DNA from: Eledone cirrhosa | Lineage: Eukaryota | Direction: 5' to 3' | Assembly (NCBI GenBank): GCA_964016885.1 | Contig: OZ024745.1 | Location: 67,208,001-67,272,000, forward strand | Length of the DNA stretch: 64,000 bases | In this document: positions 46,531-62,849 of the stretch, in pieces | Numbering within the stretch: the first letter of the stretch is position 1 | Layout: every line of letters begins with the position of its first letter | The notes under the pieces: generated by a model | The model's input: only the letters and a program-made list of their open reading frames with translations | The model's database searches: none | What the model was told of the DNA's origin: nothing | Made by a program: the position numbers and the translations under genes

Positions 46531-48549
46531 AATATATTAAATATATATTTGTGTGTGTGTGTCAATGTTTGTATGTACGTGTCTGCCTGCGTGTCTGTAT
46601 GTATACATGGCAAGTTTGTCAACTAGGCGAAAATGCTCCTTATATATGAACACACGAAAATTCATTGCACAATCTTAGAATTCATGGTATGATTATCTTA
46701 CATATGTTGAATATATATTTGTCAGACATATATTCAAGCAAACCGAATACAGATTTTCTGAACAGGATCTCGGAGAAATGTGAGGGAACGGAAAATGTTC
46801 AATTGTTGAAAAGGGTGTAACTCTGGGATTAAAATGATTTGCTTCCAACTGGGAAAATGAGTAATTATGTACTTCCAAGAATTATGTTGAACGTCTGTAG
46901 AAAGGTAAAATGAAATAAGATTATAAACGTGATTAGATGTTATATGTATAGTGTGCACATAGTGCGGGAAAGTGTTCATAAAGCTGGTTTTGAATAAGGA
47001 GCATCACTTTATAAGGTATGAAATGTTGAGAGAAGAGAGGGGGTATATTGTAATAGTATATGAGTGTCTGTAAGCATTTAGGTTATTTTTAAGATGGTAT
47101 TTCTGAGGCATTTAGGTTTTACGTCTGGGTTTGGATTTTCGTACGTCTAATCGTGTAGGCTTTGTGTCTGCGGTTGCTGTTTTCAGGAATATAAAAGGTA
47201 GCTTTTGAAATGCAAACAACACCTGAAAACCTCATTTTTTTAGTTACGATATTCACTAGAAAATTTTAAACCTTGAATATTCTGCTTTTTTCGCTGGTAT
47301 AAAGCCGTCATTTCTTAGATCTATTGGTATTTGGAAAGAGCTTTTCTAATATTCCCCATTGTATAATATGGGGTATACAATTGTCCTTTAATATCAATGA
47401 CTTTTCATGACATTGAGAGATATATTGAATAAATATATCTCGAGAGTAAAAAAGAATACTTCAAAATAAAATCTAGCCTTCATTCATATTCAAATTGAAA
47501 TTATATAAATATCTCTGATATAGAGAATCTAATACATGTCATATAACCATACCGAATTGAATTCCGTGTTCTTTCTCCATATAAAAATCTCTGACATAGA
47601 GAAGCTAATATATGTTATACAACACAGACTGAATTAAATTCCGTTTCATTTCTCTCAGTCTTTCAGCATTTTAGAAGCGATTCGTTTAATGGTTTAAAAG
47701 TGTATTCACTTTTCACTGACGAATAATATGTAATCCTGGATATACATAATAGAGAAAACCATAAATGATGTAGCATATAACTTTTCTTATTACTCTTCAT
47801 AAAAACCTATTAATATATGACACGAGGATTTCTGCCAGTTGTCCGTTATATGTAAACTGGGAATTTGCTGCAATAAACATTTTTTTCTAATTTTCCTTAT
47901 CCTACGCGAATCTTTGTTTGGTATATTTTATGAATTCTTTTGAAATGCAAGCATGCGATATAATACGACGAATTGATCACTTCTAGAGCATGCTTTAATT
48001 CATTAAAGTCACGTCAATATACGAGAATTAAAAATAATATGAAATATATTTCAAACAAAGCCTTTTATTGATTTTGTAATTGCTATTGCTTGTTGCAACT
48101 GTCGTAAAAAAGTCGTTTTAATACAAAGTGAATAAATTAAATGGTGTATCATTCTATATATTAGCTTCAATCCGTATTCTGCCGCACTTATATGTAATAG
48201 AAAGTCTGATTTTGTAAGTATGTATTAACGTAAAGGGATGTGCACCTATATGTGCCTAATTCACAGTGCCTGTTTATGTAAGCGTGAGCTTTTGTGGGGA
48301 TTTGCGTTGTTTGTTTGTTTTCGTATATTATATTTTGTTTTTGTAGGTTTCTGTGTATTCATAAGTTCATCAGATTTTCTTAGTAGTTTTAAAACGTGAA
48401 AATATTAATTAAATATATTGATATGAACCACTGTTTACAGAAATGTTTACTTCTACAATTTGATATCTCTGATTTCTCTTTCAAATTAGTAATTATATTA
48501 TTTTGAATTGTTACATAAATCATCTACCCAATGTATTGTGTACGTATGT

Positions 48550-48880
48550 ATGGTCCGTATCTCCTGATAAAGTCGTAGGAGCACCGTGTTGAAATATGGC
48601 GTTTCTTGGGCATTTTAAGCCTGGCAGAGCCCATCCCTTTCCAGGCCTGCGTACAGCAGATTTCTTCCAGAGAAAGATAGAAAGTGAGAGAGAGGAAATG
48701 GGAAAGAGATATAGAGGAAGAATCGACCCTAGAACTAGACTGGTACTTTTTTATCGACCTCGAAAGGATGAAAGGCAAAGTTGACCTCGGTGGGATTTGA
48801 ACTCAGAGAGCAGAGAACCGGAATGAATACCATAAAGCGTTCTATCCGACGTTCTAACGACTCTGCCAATTCGCCGCCTA
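48550..48880 (-). mobile_element. SINE subfamily with alternative long 3' tail (second copy ~50440-50742)
   Basis: Same tRNA head and core, followed by a distinct ~170-bp tail shared by both copies. Confidence 0.72.
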
Positions 48881-51800
48881 TATATACCCAATACATTCCT
48901 TTAATCAGCGATTCTTTTTCTTTCTTTTTTTTACTTATAGGGCTGATATTGTTTCTTTTATTGTAAAAAATTTATTTTTATTTGTTAACAAATTGCGTCA
49001 GTGATTACAGGTATTCAATTGACTAATCACTGTTTACCTGCCTTTCCAAAGGGGAGTATCTGTGTAGCTCGCTATAGAACAAATATCGATAGGGAATTAG
49101 TTCAGCAAGCAGCAATGTTCCGGTTTCTTCTATGGAGTGTACATCTTTCTCCTGTGTTCATCGATGAACAATTCACACACACACTCACACATCCATTCCC
49201 CACACACACATATATATACACACACACATATATATACACATATCTATATATATGGATGTATATATATGCACATATATATATATATATATGTCTTTGTATA
49301 CATGTATGTATCTTTCTATGTGTTTACGTATGAATGTATGTATGTGTGTATGTGTGCATGTATGCATATATGTATATATGTATGTATACAAGCTCCCACA
49401 CATCCTACAAAATCTAATTCAATTCATGACTGTGCTAGAAGGTACTTGTTCAGTGTCCCTTTCTCCACTTTTCGTATACCCTTTTACTCAATTTACACAT
49501 TTCAATCTTTTAGTATTATACTTCTCTTATTTTGGATAGTTTGTAGCTATTACATGTTTCGGTTCAGAAATAGACGATTTAGTTTCTCAAACTTTATTGA
49601 ATCATCATGTCAATATAATGCTGCAAACATTTCAATCATTTCAGAGATTTATCATTTCATGTCACTTTTCCATGCTGTACACTCTGTGGATGATTTAATC
49701 ATCTAAACTATTTGATATTTAAGAAACAGCCGCCCCTCCAAGGTGGTTCTTTTCTCAAATAAAATGTATATTAAAATAAAATGTACACAGATGCGTACAT
49801 GTTTGTGAGGGAACTTAGGAAACTTAATATAAAAAATCTCAATACATTCGCATTCATATCAATATGTAGGTAGTCAGAAATATATAGCTATTTACTTTGT
49901 TGATTGGATGAAAATATAGTTACAAAGAGGGAAGGCGAAAGTAAAGAGAGAGACACTCTGATTGAGTTACAAGGTTCATTCAATTGGGGCTTATGTAACA
50001 CTACTGGAATTAAATTTCAATTTACATTTTAGCATCTTAATAATAGTTTGCAATTTAGGCACAAGGCCAACAAGTTTCAGAGGAAGGCAAAGCCGATTAC
50101 AGTGCTTTATTTTTAAGGGTGAAAGGCAAAGCTAGCTTCGGTGAGATTCGAAATCAGAGCCTAAAGGGCTGTAACTATATGCCACAAAGCCAGCGCCAAT
50201 TTTAGCATCCAAAGAATACAAATACGTCGTTGTATTTCCCTTGTGTATAATGAAACAATGAGAGAAAGGTCAATATTCCTGATTCATTGGGTTTAACGGC
50301 GTAAGGAAAAGAAAATGAGTTGTATCGAAACCGCTTTACGGAAGGACAATTATCAGTGCTTATCAATGCAATTCCAAGCAAATTAAAATGACGTTTCTTG
50401 ATATATTAGTTAAAACAAAATCTGGAAAATATCATGGTGTGGTATGATCCTGTAACTCCTGATGGAGTTATAGTAGCACCATATTGGCATGCCACGTTTC
50501 TTGGGTATTTTAAGTATGGCCGAGCCCACCTTTCTCCAGGCCTTAGTAAAGCAAATTTATTCCCGAAAAAGGACGTTAGAAAGAGATATAGAGGAAGAAT
50601 CTACCCTAGTACTAGACTGGTACTTTTTTATCGACCTGAAAAGATGAAGGGCAAAGTTAACCTCGGTGGGATTTGATCACAGAGAGTAAAGAGCCGAACC
50701 CAATACCACAAAGCACTCTAACGACTCTGCCAATTCGCCGCCTGGAAAATATTCTCTTCCGATTAATAGAAACGGTTTACTGGTGACTAGTTCTATACTT
50801 CCTTTTATGGTTTTTGCTGATGCTGCAATCAAGCTGTTCCATTTTCTACAGATGTATATTTCGCTAAAACGTTAGGGGTTTTTAGTGAAATACTTATGAA
50901 GTTAAAAAAGGAGTGGAATTATAAATATATAGTTTTGTAAAGGAAGTGTTGGAACTAAATAAATACGGCATTGGATTCCAGAGAAGTATCTAGGTTTGGA
51001 AGAGATTAAAGAGGATTATTATCTCCCAGAATTTAAATATACTGAATAAAATAGATGCAATGATATAAGACTTTAGTAAATTGTTTTGTTTGTTTGCTTT
51101 CTTGTACTGTGAATTTTTTTCCAGTGAGAAAAGAAGTTAGAAAGAAAAATATTTTAACATGTTTTACTTCAACATTACGTTTTGTGTAGATCTAAAACAA
51201 TATTACAGCATTTGTTTTACAAATGGATTTAAAACTGCACAGATGTATAAAGCAAGCGAAATAAGAAATGTGTTTCACAAAATTCACCTGCTTGTACAAA
51301 ACCGAGTTTTGAACAGTGAAATCAGCCGACCTTATATAACCCCGCTTACTAAGTTGGAGCTTTTGTGTATTATAGTGATAAGTATAGACTTATACACAGA
51401 GACTGTGGCAACTATGTCATATTCCATTCATGAGTAGTATAAAACGAACTTACACATACAAGAAAATGATATTGTATTTATAAAATTTCAACAAATTTCA
51501 GTTACATAGTGTTTACATAAATTCCAATATAAACACAAAAGTTGTCACGGTATTAAGCAACATATTTGTGGTTTGTTTACAATTTATACTTTTACATTTC
51601 TTATCAAATTTTCAGAATGTGTTTACAATGATAAAATCTTAAATTACTTGATTTCACATGACACAAATTTATGTTTACGACTAAATAGATAATAGAAAGG
51701 TTATATTAGTCAACATTTGTTTTTCTCGTTACAAAATATCTGTAATTGCATGTTAGACAGGTATTTAATTAACAAGATATACATTCGCGTGATAAAGTTT

Positions 51801-52215
51801 ATATATGAAAATAGATATTGAATTACCAATATATTTTTGATATTAATATTTTGCCTAAACGTAGAACATAATAATTAATAATTAATTGTAATTAATAAGT
51901 GTTAATTGGTGTAGACGAGAACCAAGCTAGAATGGATTAGCAGAATCATTACAGTACCTGACAAAACTTCTTGCGACCATGTCAGAGTTCAAATTCCGGT
52001 GAGATCAACTTTAGCAATTACCCTCCGATGTTTATAAAATTAACAACAGTCAAATATTAGGGGCCAATATACTCGATTGATTCCTTCTCTCAGATCTATA
52101 TAATCTATATCGATTGATTCCTTCTCTCAGGTCTATATAATAAATCATTATAAATAAAAGAACAATGTAGATGGTGAAGTTCATAACTATTTGTTTTATA
52201 TCTATTCTATGACTA

Positions 52216-52428
52216 GGGCGGTGAATTGGCAGTATCGGTAAAGGGTTGGACGCCATGCTTTGCAGCATAGAGTTACGGCTCTGTATGATCTGAGTTCAAA
52301 TCCCGTTAACTTTGCCTTTCATCCTTACGGGGTCGATAAAATAAAGTACCAGTCACGCACTGGGGTCGATTTAATCGACTTTCCCCTCCCTAAAATTGCT
52401 GGCCGTGTGTCTATATAAGAAACCATAT
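52216..52428 (+). mobile_element. tRNA-derived SINE copy (longer 3' variant)
   Basis: Same head and core. Older diverged copies at ~37630-37710, 50040-50200 and 51930-52060. Confidence 0.85.
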
Positions 52429-52737
52429 CTATTCCATGACTATAGATGTAAATTTACAAATTCACGTTTTATTATCAATGCATTTCGTTTGAATTTCTAA
52501 TATGTCTCTACCTCACCCATTCTCTGTATTTTTCTTTCTCTCTCTCTTTCTCTTTTTATTTCTATATCACTTATATATCACTTATATATATATATGTGTG
52601 TGCGAGTGTGTGTGTACGTGTGTGCATGTGTGCGTGAGGGTGGGGGGGCTAAGCTAGTTGGATGCAACAAGATCGAAATCATCATATATCGATCTAAATC
52701 CTTATTATATATATATTTATACATATATATGTATATA

Positions 52738-52828
<91 letters not shown>

Positions 52829-54143
52829 TGTGTATGTTTGTAGTTAAATCAGGCACAGGAATATTGTGATCTTTACAATACAAATTGTGTTGTGCATCTT
52901 TTTTCCTACATTACGACATATCAAACATACCGTACTGTTCACGAACAGATCGTTTGTATCCGTTGCTGAAAGCTGATTATTACAGAAAAACGGAAGACAT
53001 TTTTTAAGTGTAAATGTTAAGAAAATGTTAAGTGCGATTTTGCTTGTGTATATCCACACAAGTATACACTCGAGTACACACAGATACGAACACACGTACA
53101 CGCATACATACATAAACGCATACACACATAAACACATACACACACGTGCGCACACATGCTTTCGCTTCATCGCAAGCGGTTTTGTTTACTTATTTCTACC
53201 TGATTTTCTTAAATACTATTTATAGTGAGCAACTGTTATTAAAATCATTTTCGGATTTTGGGACACACATAAATCAGGACGCTCCCTAAATCATAATAAG
53301 TTAGTTTACATTTTGACTACAAGGCGTATAGCGATTCTACAAAGGTGGAAGAGGACATGAATCACCCCTTAGCGTTCTTCTGTCCATAAAGAGAATTTCA
53401 CTGATTTTCTAAAGTTATTATTTATAGCGATCGACTGTTTACAATTACTTTCTATGTTTGGATTCCAAACTTTCAATTTTCAAATCAGATCATATAAACT
53501 TTTCCATAATATTTCAAACTGACTACACATGACGCGGACAACGGAAAACTATGAACAAATTCCTTATATCGTCAGCCAACTTCTGGAGATATAATAGATT
53601 ATCTTCGTAAATTCTGTTGTACAGACGTGATTATATTCTGTTATTGATTGGCGTTTAGATTTGACAAAATAGATTAATATTAGCCTTATAGATGGGTAAA
53701 TATTGATTTCTTTTGACTAAGTATAAAATGAGTGTTGTATAGGATCATTAAAGCTGACAGAATATAATATAACTAATTAATTCATAGATATCCGAGGGAT
53801 GCCTGTGAGAATTCAGAAATGGAAGAAATGAAATTGAAGTGTGTGAGGTATTTATTATGACGCTCTGTTATTTTGCCCACCAGATTTGAGGTTTAATATT
53901 CTCCAGTAAATAGTATTTATCATATGATTTAAGAATTTGCGATAAGTGATTTGTCTCATTTAAGTATCTAGCTATGATACATTCGAATAACCTTTGAACA
54001 AACCAATCAATATTTCGGTACATTTTCTACTGTAACTGCACTCTTGCGATGATGATGTTCAAATTAATAATATATTCATATGAATTAATATCGTAAAATT
54101 CATAGTAGATTAATATCTCATAGGCACATACTGTTTATGCTGG

Positions 54144-54265
<122 letters not shown>

Positions 54266-54330
54266 GTCAGTCATATACATTGCATCTCAATGAAAAATAT
54301 CGCTGAGAAATATCGCAAAGAAACTTATAG

Positions 54331-54832
54331 ATACAAATATTAATCTCAAATAAGGCTCATATTTGACAATAGGAAAAATCACATTAAAGTACTTTAAAAT
54401 AAAGGAAACTTTTATGTGTATCATCCGAGAGACAACTTTCCGAGAGACAAATATCCATGGCTTAACGAATGTTTTACCCTGATAGCAGTTTCAAAGACTA
54501 AACCCAGAACACTTGCCTGCTCATTGGGGAGGTTTTTCCTTCCTAGAATTAACAGACAAAATATATCTACCTGCTTGTCTAATCTTTTGCAGGCTCGAAA
54601 TAAAATCCAGCATGGTGCAGAATAATGTACTCAATTAATTGGGATAGATAATTTCTGTGGGTTTAGTCTGTGAAACTGCAGTCAAGGAAACAAATTCCTT
54701 AAGCCATGGATATTTAGCTTGCTTAACAATGAATGTTATCTCGCATAAGAGTTTCCTTTATTTTAAAGTATCTAATATGATCTTCTCTATTGTCAGTTTT
54801 GAGCCTTATTTGAGATAGATTAGTATTTGTAT
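54331..54832. mobile_element. Old MITE-like element with ~175-bp imperfect inverted repeats
   Basis: atacaaata..atctcaaataaggctca vs tgagccttatttgagat..tatttgtat; aaatatccatggcttaa vs ttaagccatggatattt. Confidence 0.65.
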
Positions 54833-55067
54833 ATATATAATTTTTGTTTTTTGTTTTTTGTTTTTTGTTTTTTGTTTTTTGTTTTTTGTTTTTTTACTAG
54901 ATCTGACTTAGATATTACTAGCAGAATGGCCCGGTGTTGCTCGGGATTTGGTCTAGGGTTCTTATATATTTGATATATATTTATCCTTATCGAGCCTCGT
55001 GAAATAAATACTTTTGTTTATATTTTGTTATTGTGTATGCAAAAATATATGTACACGAATATATAAT

Positions 55068-55112
<45 letters not shown>

Positions 55113-55311
55113 CAGTACAGGAAGTACGGAATACCTGGGTCTTGGGATGGTGTCTACAATTTGTGCTTATAAAAGAAATTCGTCGTAGATTACCAGGGGT
55201 TTTTTCCGTGTGAAGAAAATCAATACTTCATCGCGAAATAAATACTTTTGTTTATATTTTGTTATTGTGTATGTAAAGATGTCTGTACACGAATATATAA
55301 TTATATATATA

Positions 55312-55980
55312 TATCAAATATCAAATATTGAGTTATAAATTCGAAATAGTCTTTTACAATTAAATAGCCCAAAGAAGGGAATATTTCTGAGCCGTGTAAT
55401 ACAAATGAATATATGAGGGATGAACACCTATAGAATTATAGAAGTGTTCGGATTGCAAATGACCAAGTTAGCTAGGTTGAAAAAATACTAATTTAACATA
55501 ATATGGTTTGCCTGTCTTGATCTAAAATAATAAATCAATAAAAATATCAAGCCTATATTGGCAATGGCCGTGATACCTGGACAAATTTCAAAATCTGTTT
55601 GACAAATTTTAAATTTGAGACGAGTTTGGCGCTGGGACACACGTGCGTTCAACAACACATGTTTCTCAGTCTTCTTAAGTATTTTGAAGTGGAAGGTACC
55701 AATTTCTGGATACCTGCAGAAGAGCACTGGAATAGTAACTTTCACTTAATTGTTGCGAAACAAATTTAAAATTTGTCAAAATAGATTTAAAGTTTGTTCA
55801 GGTATCACGGCCATTGCCAATATAGGTTTGTTATTTTTATTGATTTATTATTTTAAATCGAGACAGGCAAACCATATTATGTTAAATTAGTATTTTTTCA
55901 ACCTAGCTAACTTGGTCATTTGCAATCCGAACACTTCTATAATTGTATAGATGTTCATCCCTCATATATTCATTTGTATA
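55312..55980. mobile_element. Family H fold-back element with central HHR
   Basis: ~220-bp arms 55399-55617 and 55761-55979, between TA tracts. Confidence 0.82.
55709..55806 (+). ncRNA. Type I hammerhead ribozyme, variant core CAGAAGA (family H)
   Basis: gatacctg-CAGAAGA-gca..tgc-GAAA-caaattt..aagtttg-TT-caggtatc (8-bp stem I). The mirror arm preserves GTC at the cleavage triplet. Confidence 0.72.
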
Positions 55981-56010
55981 TATATATGTATATATATATA
56001 TATATATATA

Positions 56011-58134
56011 GTTTAGCGAGGTTTTTTATATGAAATCGTGTGTCGAAACAAATATTGTTATACTTGGGGAGGGTCATATTTGTACTGACTACCTAGACAG
56101 CCATGACCTTAGATGTTTCTGCCCTAGTAGACCCATAAGAGGTAGACCCCCCACCATAACCTTAATGGCAAAAAAGACTCCCATGGGAAGGTGGATTGGG
56201 TGGACCAAAGCTATACGGACCCCACAAAACAGTGATCAGGTAAGAAAAATGGTCGCACATGCAATATGGGCTAGTATCAAAACTACCCTAAAGGGCCACA
56301 TATTTAAGTTCAATGAGAAAATCTACACCCAAAATGAGGGAGCAGCCATCGGCGTCAGCATAGCTGGTGATGTTGCCAACCTTTTCATGGTATGGTGGGA
56401 AAGGAGACTTAAAGATCTCCTTAATGAAAGCTCCATAGACCTCATCATGTACTCTTGTTATGTAGACTATATCAATATAGTTATAAGAACACCCCCACTA
56501 GAGAGCACTAACAAGTTTGATTTAGAACGTAGCACGATGGAAAGCATCCAGCAGATAGCTAATTCCATACACCAGAGTATAACTGTAACTATCGACTTCC
56601 CTTCCAAACACCCTAACAATAGACTACCTGTATTAGACACAGAACTCTGGATTAACACTATAGACGAGAGAGCCCAAATTCTCCACTCACACTATGCTAA
56701 ACCCATGGCCTCCAAATACCTGATACTCAAAAACTCAGCAATGTCCAGTAGTGCTAAGTTTAATATTCTGATCGCAGATTTGGTACGAGTGATGAAGAAT
56801 GTGTCCAGCATGTGCAACCCAACAGAAATGGAAAGACACATCCAACACTTCATCAACCGCATGCAGTTCTCTGGCTACAACCAAAGAGACAGAGTCAGAG
56901 TATACGAAGGAGCCATGGAAAAGTATAAGACCCTCATAGAACTGGACATGAAAGGAATTTGCCCATTATACAGGAGCAAATCATAGAATAGCTTAGATAG
57001 GGCTAGACATAAGATAGGGAAGGCCACATCATGGTACGACAACCAGAGATATCAGAGTGTCATGTTTGTGGACGCCACCCCTAGAGGGAAATTAGCTAAC
57101 CAGTGTAGAAAGGCCCTGAGAAAGACCCACTTAAAAATAAAGGTGGTAGAAAAGCCAGGAATCACCATAAAAGCCCTGATCAGCAAAACCTACCCTTTTA
57201 AGAAAACCCACTGTACCAATAGGAAATGTATCATATGTAAGGTGAACCCCCGGATAAACTGTAAAACTAGAAACGTAGTCTATAGCATAAGATGTACAGA
57301 GGGTACTTGCAGAAACATGACAACAACATACATAGGTGAAACAGTTCGTAGCATAGGTGAAAGGATAGACCAACACTGGGGGGAACTAAAAGGACGAAAA
57401 AACGGGTCAGTACTATACGAACATGCTAGACAACAACATGACGGTAACATAGACAACATAGAAATTAGAATAATATCTAAACATAGGAATGACCCAGCAG
57501 ATAGGCAAATCAGAGAGGCCAGTGAAATAGAAATTAGAAGACCAAAGCTAAACAGAAAGAATGAGTGGAACAACAACACCCAAACAAACAACACTGACCT
57601 AAGAGAAGTATAAATAAGTAAATAAAATAAAATAAAATAAGATAAATAAATACATACACAAGCACAATAACAACAAGCACATAAACACACACTAGTCAGC
57701 CAGCAGACACAACACTATACACACTAGTCACACAGCAAACATAACACTATACACACACGCAAACGCATGCGCAAAGAAGACAAAATAAAATAAACAAACA
57801 AGCAAATAAATAAATAAATATATAGACAGACTGAATAAAAAATGGCGTAGACATACAACACAACAGGAGGAAAAAATATAACACCACTGACGATGTTGCA
57901 GATGTGCAACGAAAGATTTATGTAAATTATGTAAACTATATATATGTGTTTGTGTCTATATTGTATCTGTATTATTTTTGACCGTCGGTCAGTCAATGGC
58001 AACATTGAGGACCGAGTAAGTTAGATCGCAGATATAAAAGACAGCGAGAAGCGAAATCCAACCAAACAGTGAGTGTGTTCTGTTTTTAATTCTGGCAATA
58101 TTACACAAATATGACCCTCCCCAAGTATAACAAT
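56011..58134 (+). mobile_element. Penelope-like retroelement family C, 5'-truncated, RT + GIY-YIG in one frame interrupted by a single TAG
   Basis: YTQNEGAAIG, CYVDY (decayed YVDD), LPVLDTELW, HSHYAKPMAS, then C-rich linker, NVVYSIRC..YIGETVRSIGERIDQH and RQIREASEI. ORFs 56030-56986 and 57062-57613 share a frame. 56053-56083 is the reverse complement of the 3' end 58104-58134. (TA)n on both sides. Confidence 0.93.
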
Positions 58135-58239
58135 ATATATATATATATATAATTATATATTCGTGTACAGATATTTTTACATACACAATAACAAAATATA
58201 AACAAAATATTATTTATTTAAGTAAATATATATATATAA

Positions 58240-60793
<2,554 letters not shown>

Positions 60794-60930
60794 CAGACTA
60801 AAGTTTAAGCAAAGAATCGGTGCTTTCACCCTTAACGGGATCTTCTGAAACTAAAATTAAAAAAATCAACCTGTGAACGCAGAAGTAAATATTTCGAAAA
60901 ACGTTACACACTATATTTATATACACACAC

Positions 60931-60997
<67 letters not shown>

Positions 60998-61295
60998 ACA
61001 CACAGCGTCATAATGTCATAATGCAGACTGCCAGACATACAGACAGATATTATAAGGGCGCAACGTTATATCTATGTATCTATCTAAAAAGAGAAAGACT
61101 GAGAGAGAGAGAGATCGGTAAATCACCTAATGCGGTCCCTAGGGCATTAAAAATTTGAAATTTTCTCTCCTCAAAACACTCACAGGACCATAAGTATTAT
61201 GTGTAAAGTTTGAAAACAATCGGTTGGGTGGTTCTCGAGTTTTAGTGATCGGACAGGCAGACAGACAGACATTCTCTGTTTTAGATGTGTAGATT

Positions 61296-62002
61296 ACTAG
61301 CAGTGGTACCTGGCGTTACACGGGATAAAGTATTTTAGAATGCGAGTCGCCAACAGACCTAATCGTGGAAAAACTGCATGCCTGGACAATACGTAAAGAA
61401 AATAAACCGAATACTCTGATGGCTGGGTAATCTTTAAGATTTTTCTTGGTGAAGCAGAAAAATGCAGGTTTCCACCAAATGCTGGCCCTAGGGGATTAAG
61501 AAAATGAATTTTTTTATGTGCATAATGTGTCTTGAAATTTCGGGAAAACCGGCTAGACGTAACGCTTCAAAAATGCCCTAAAAAGCTGAAAAAATGAAGT
61601 TTTTCACCTAATGCAAGCCCTAGGCCATAAAAAAAGTTGGATTTTCTTTGCTCATCATATGAAGAAGAGATTGGCTAATACATAGTTACAATTTCAAGGA
61701 AATCGGTCTGACGTAACGCCTCAAAAAACCCCTAAAAAACTGAAAAGAACAGTTTTTCGCCTAATGCGGCCCCTAGGGGATCAAAAAGTTGAATTTTTGT
61801 GAATAACACTCCCTGAAACATAAGTAATACACATGTAAAGTTTGAAAAAGATCGGTTGGATAAATCTCGAGTTTTAGGGATTCAAACTCACAGACACACA
61901 TATATACACACACACACTTTAGGGATTCAAACTCACAGACACACATATATACACACACACACACACACACAGACAGACATCCTCAGTTTTATATATATAG
62001 AT
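61296..62002 (+). mobile_element. Helentron-associated non-autonomous element (HINE/DINE-1-like) with internal core repeats
   Basis: Starts actagcagtggtacctggcgttacacgggat, contains ~130-150-bp subrepeats (cc(t/a)aatgc..ccctagg), and ends (ca)n(gaca)n..tttatatatatagat. The 3' half of another copy lies directly upstream (~61030-61294), and a matching 5' end is at 54917-54946. Confidence 0.7.
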
Positions 62003-62849
62003 AAGTAATTTAGCAGAACCATTTCCGACGAGTAGTTTTCTCCTAGTTTATATAGTGATATATATGTGTTCTAATGAGTGTTTCGTTAGGTAAATATCAA
62101 TGTATAAAATTGTTCAAATATGGATCTTGACCCCATCATCTGTGAAACGTACGTCAATGGTTAATAATCAATACAAATGGTCATGTGAAACTTCATGTCA
62201 AACCTAATATATACATTCTGCTTCAGCCTAGAATGCTAATATTGGTACTACATCCACTAACCCAAACAATTACTGAAATATATATTCGAGGTAGCGTATT
62301 TTACAGTTTTTTATAATCTGAATTCTTTGTTATTCATTTTAGCTGATAAATATTTGTTTCTTGTATCAATAAATATTAATAAATTTGAATGAATGACGGC
62401 TTGCTAGTAAAATTTTATTTCAGTTGTGTCACAGTTTTTTTCTATATCTTGTATATTCCATGTGCAATTGTTGTTAAAGACATGAATGTATTAGCGTATA
62501 TTCTTTTGTTAGTGGTGGTGTACGATTATTTGTTACCCATCTGTCTCTGGACATGAAAAATAGTGAAGGAATTCCAATGTATGCGAATTATTTATTTTTA
62601 CAATGGATTCACTGAAATGAAAGGAAACGTACTAACCTGAAGCAATAAATATGAGCAAATCAGTCAGTTCAATTCATATATTTGTTACTGTGAAATTGTT
62701 GATAGGTTATGTAAGTCATCCAAAACTTCAGCTTTGTTAATTCTCAACGTTGACAGTGTGTTGTGTTGTTATTAGGTAGAAGTTGAAAGAGGTGATGAAA
62801 TAGAGAATGTAGGCTCTGAAATGGAAATTTCAAAATGGAATAGGACTAT

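Noticed and set aside
56030-56083. ATG start [18 protein letters not shown] of the PLE ORF
   Set aside because: It derives from the inverted terminal piece fused to a 5'-truncated RT and is not the native N-terminus.
56984-56986. Programmed read-through or selenocysteine at the in-frame stop
   Set aside because: The codon is TAG, not TGA. A TGG>TAG mutation in a dead copy (catalytic YVDD also mutated) is simpler.
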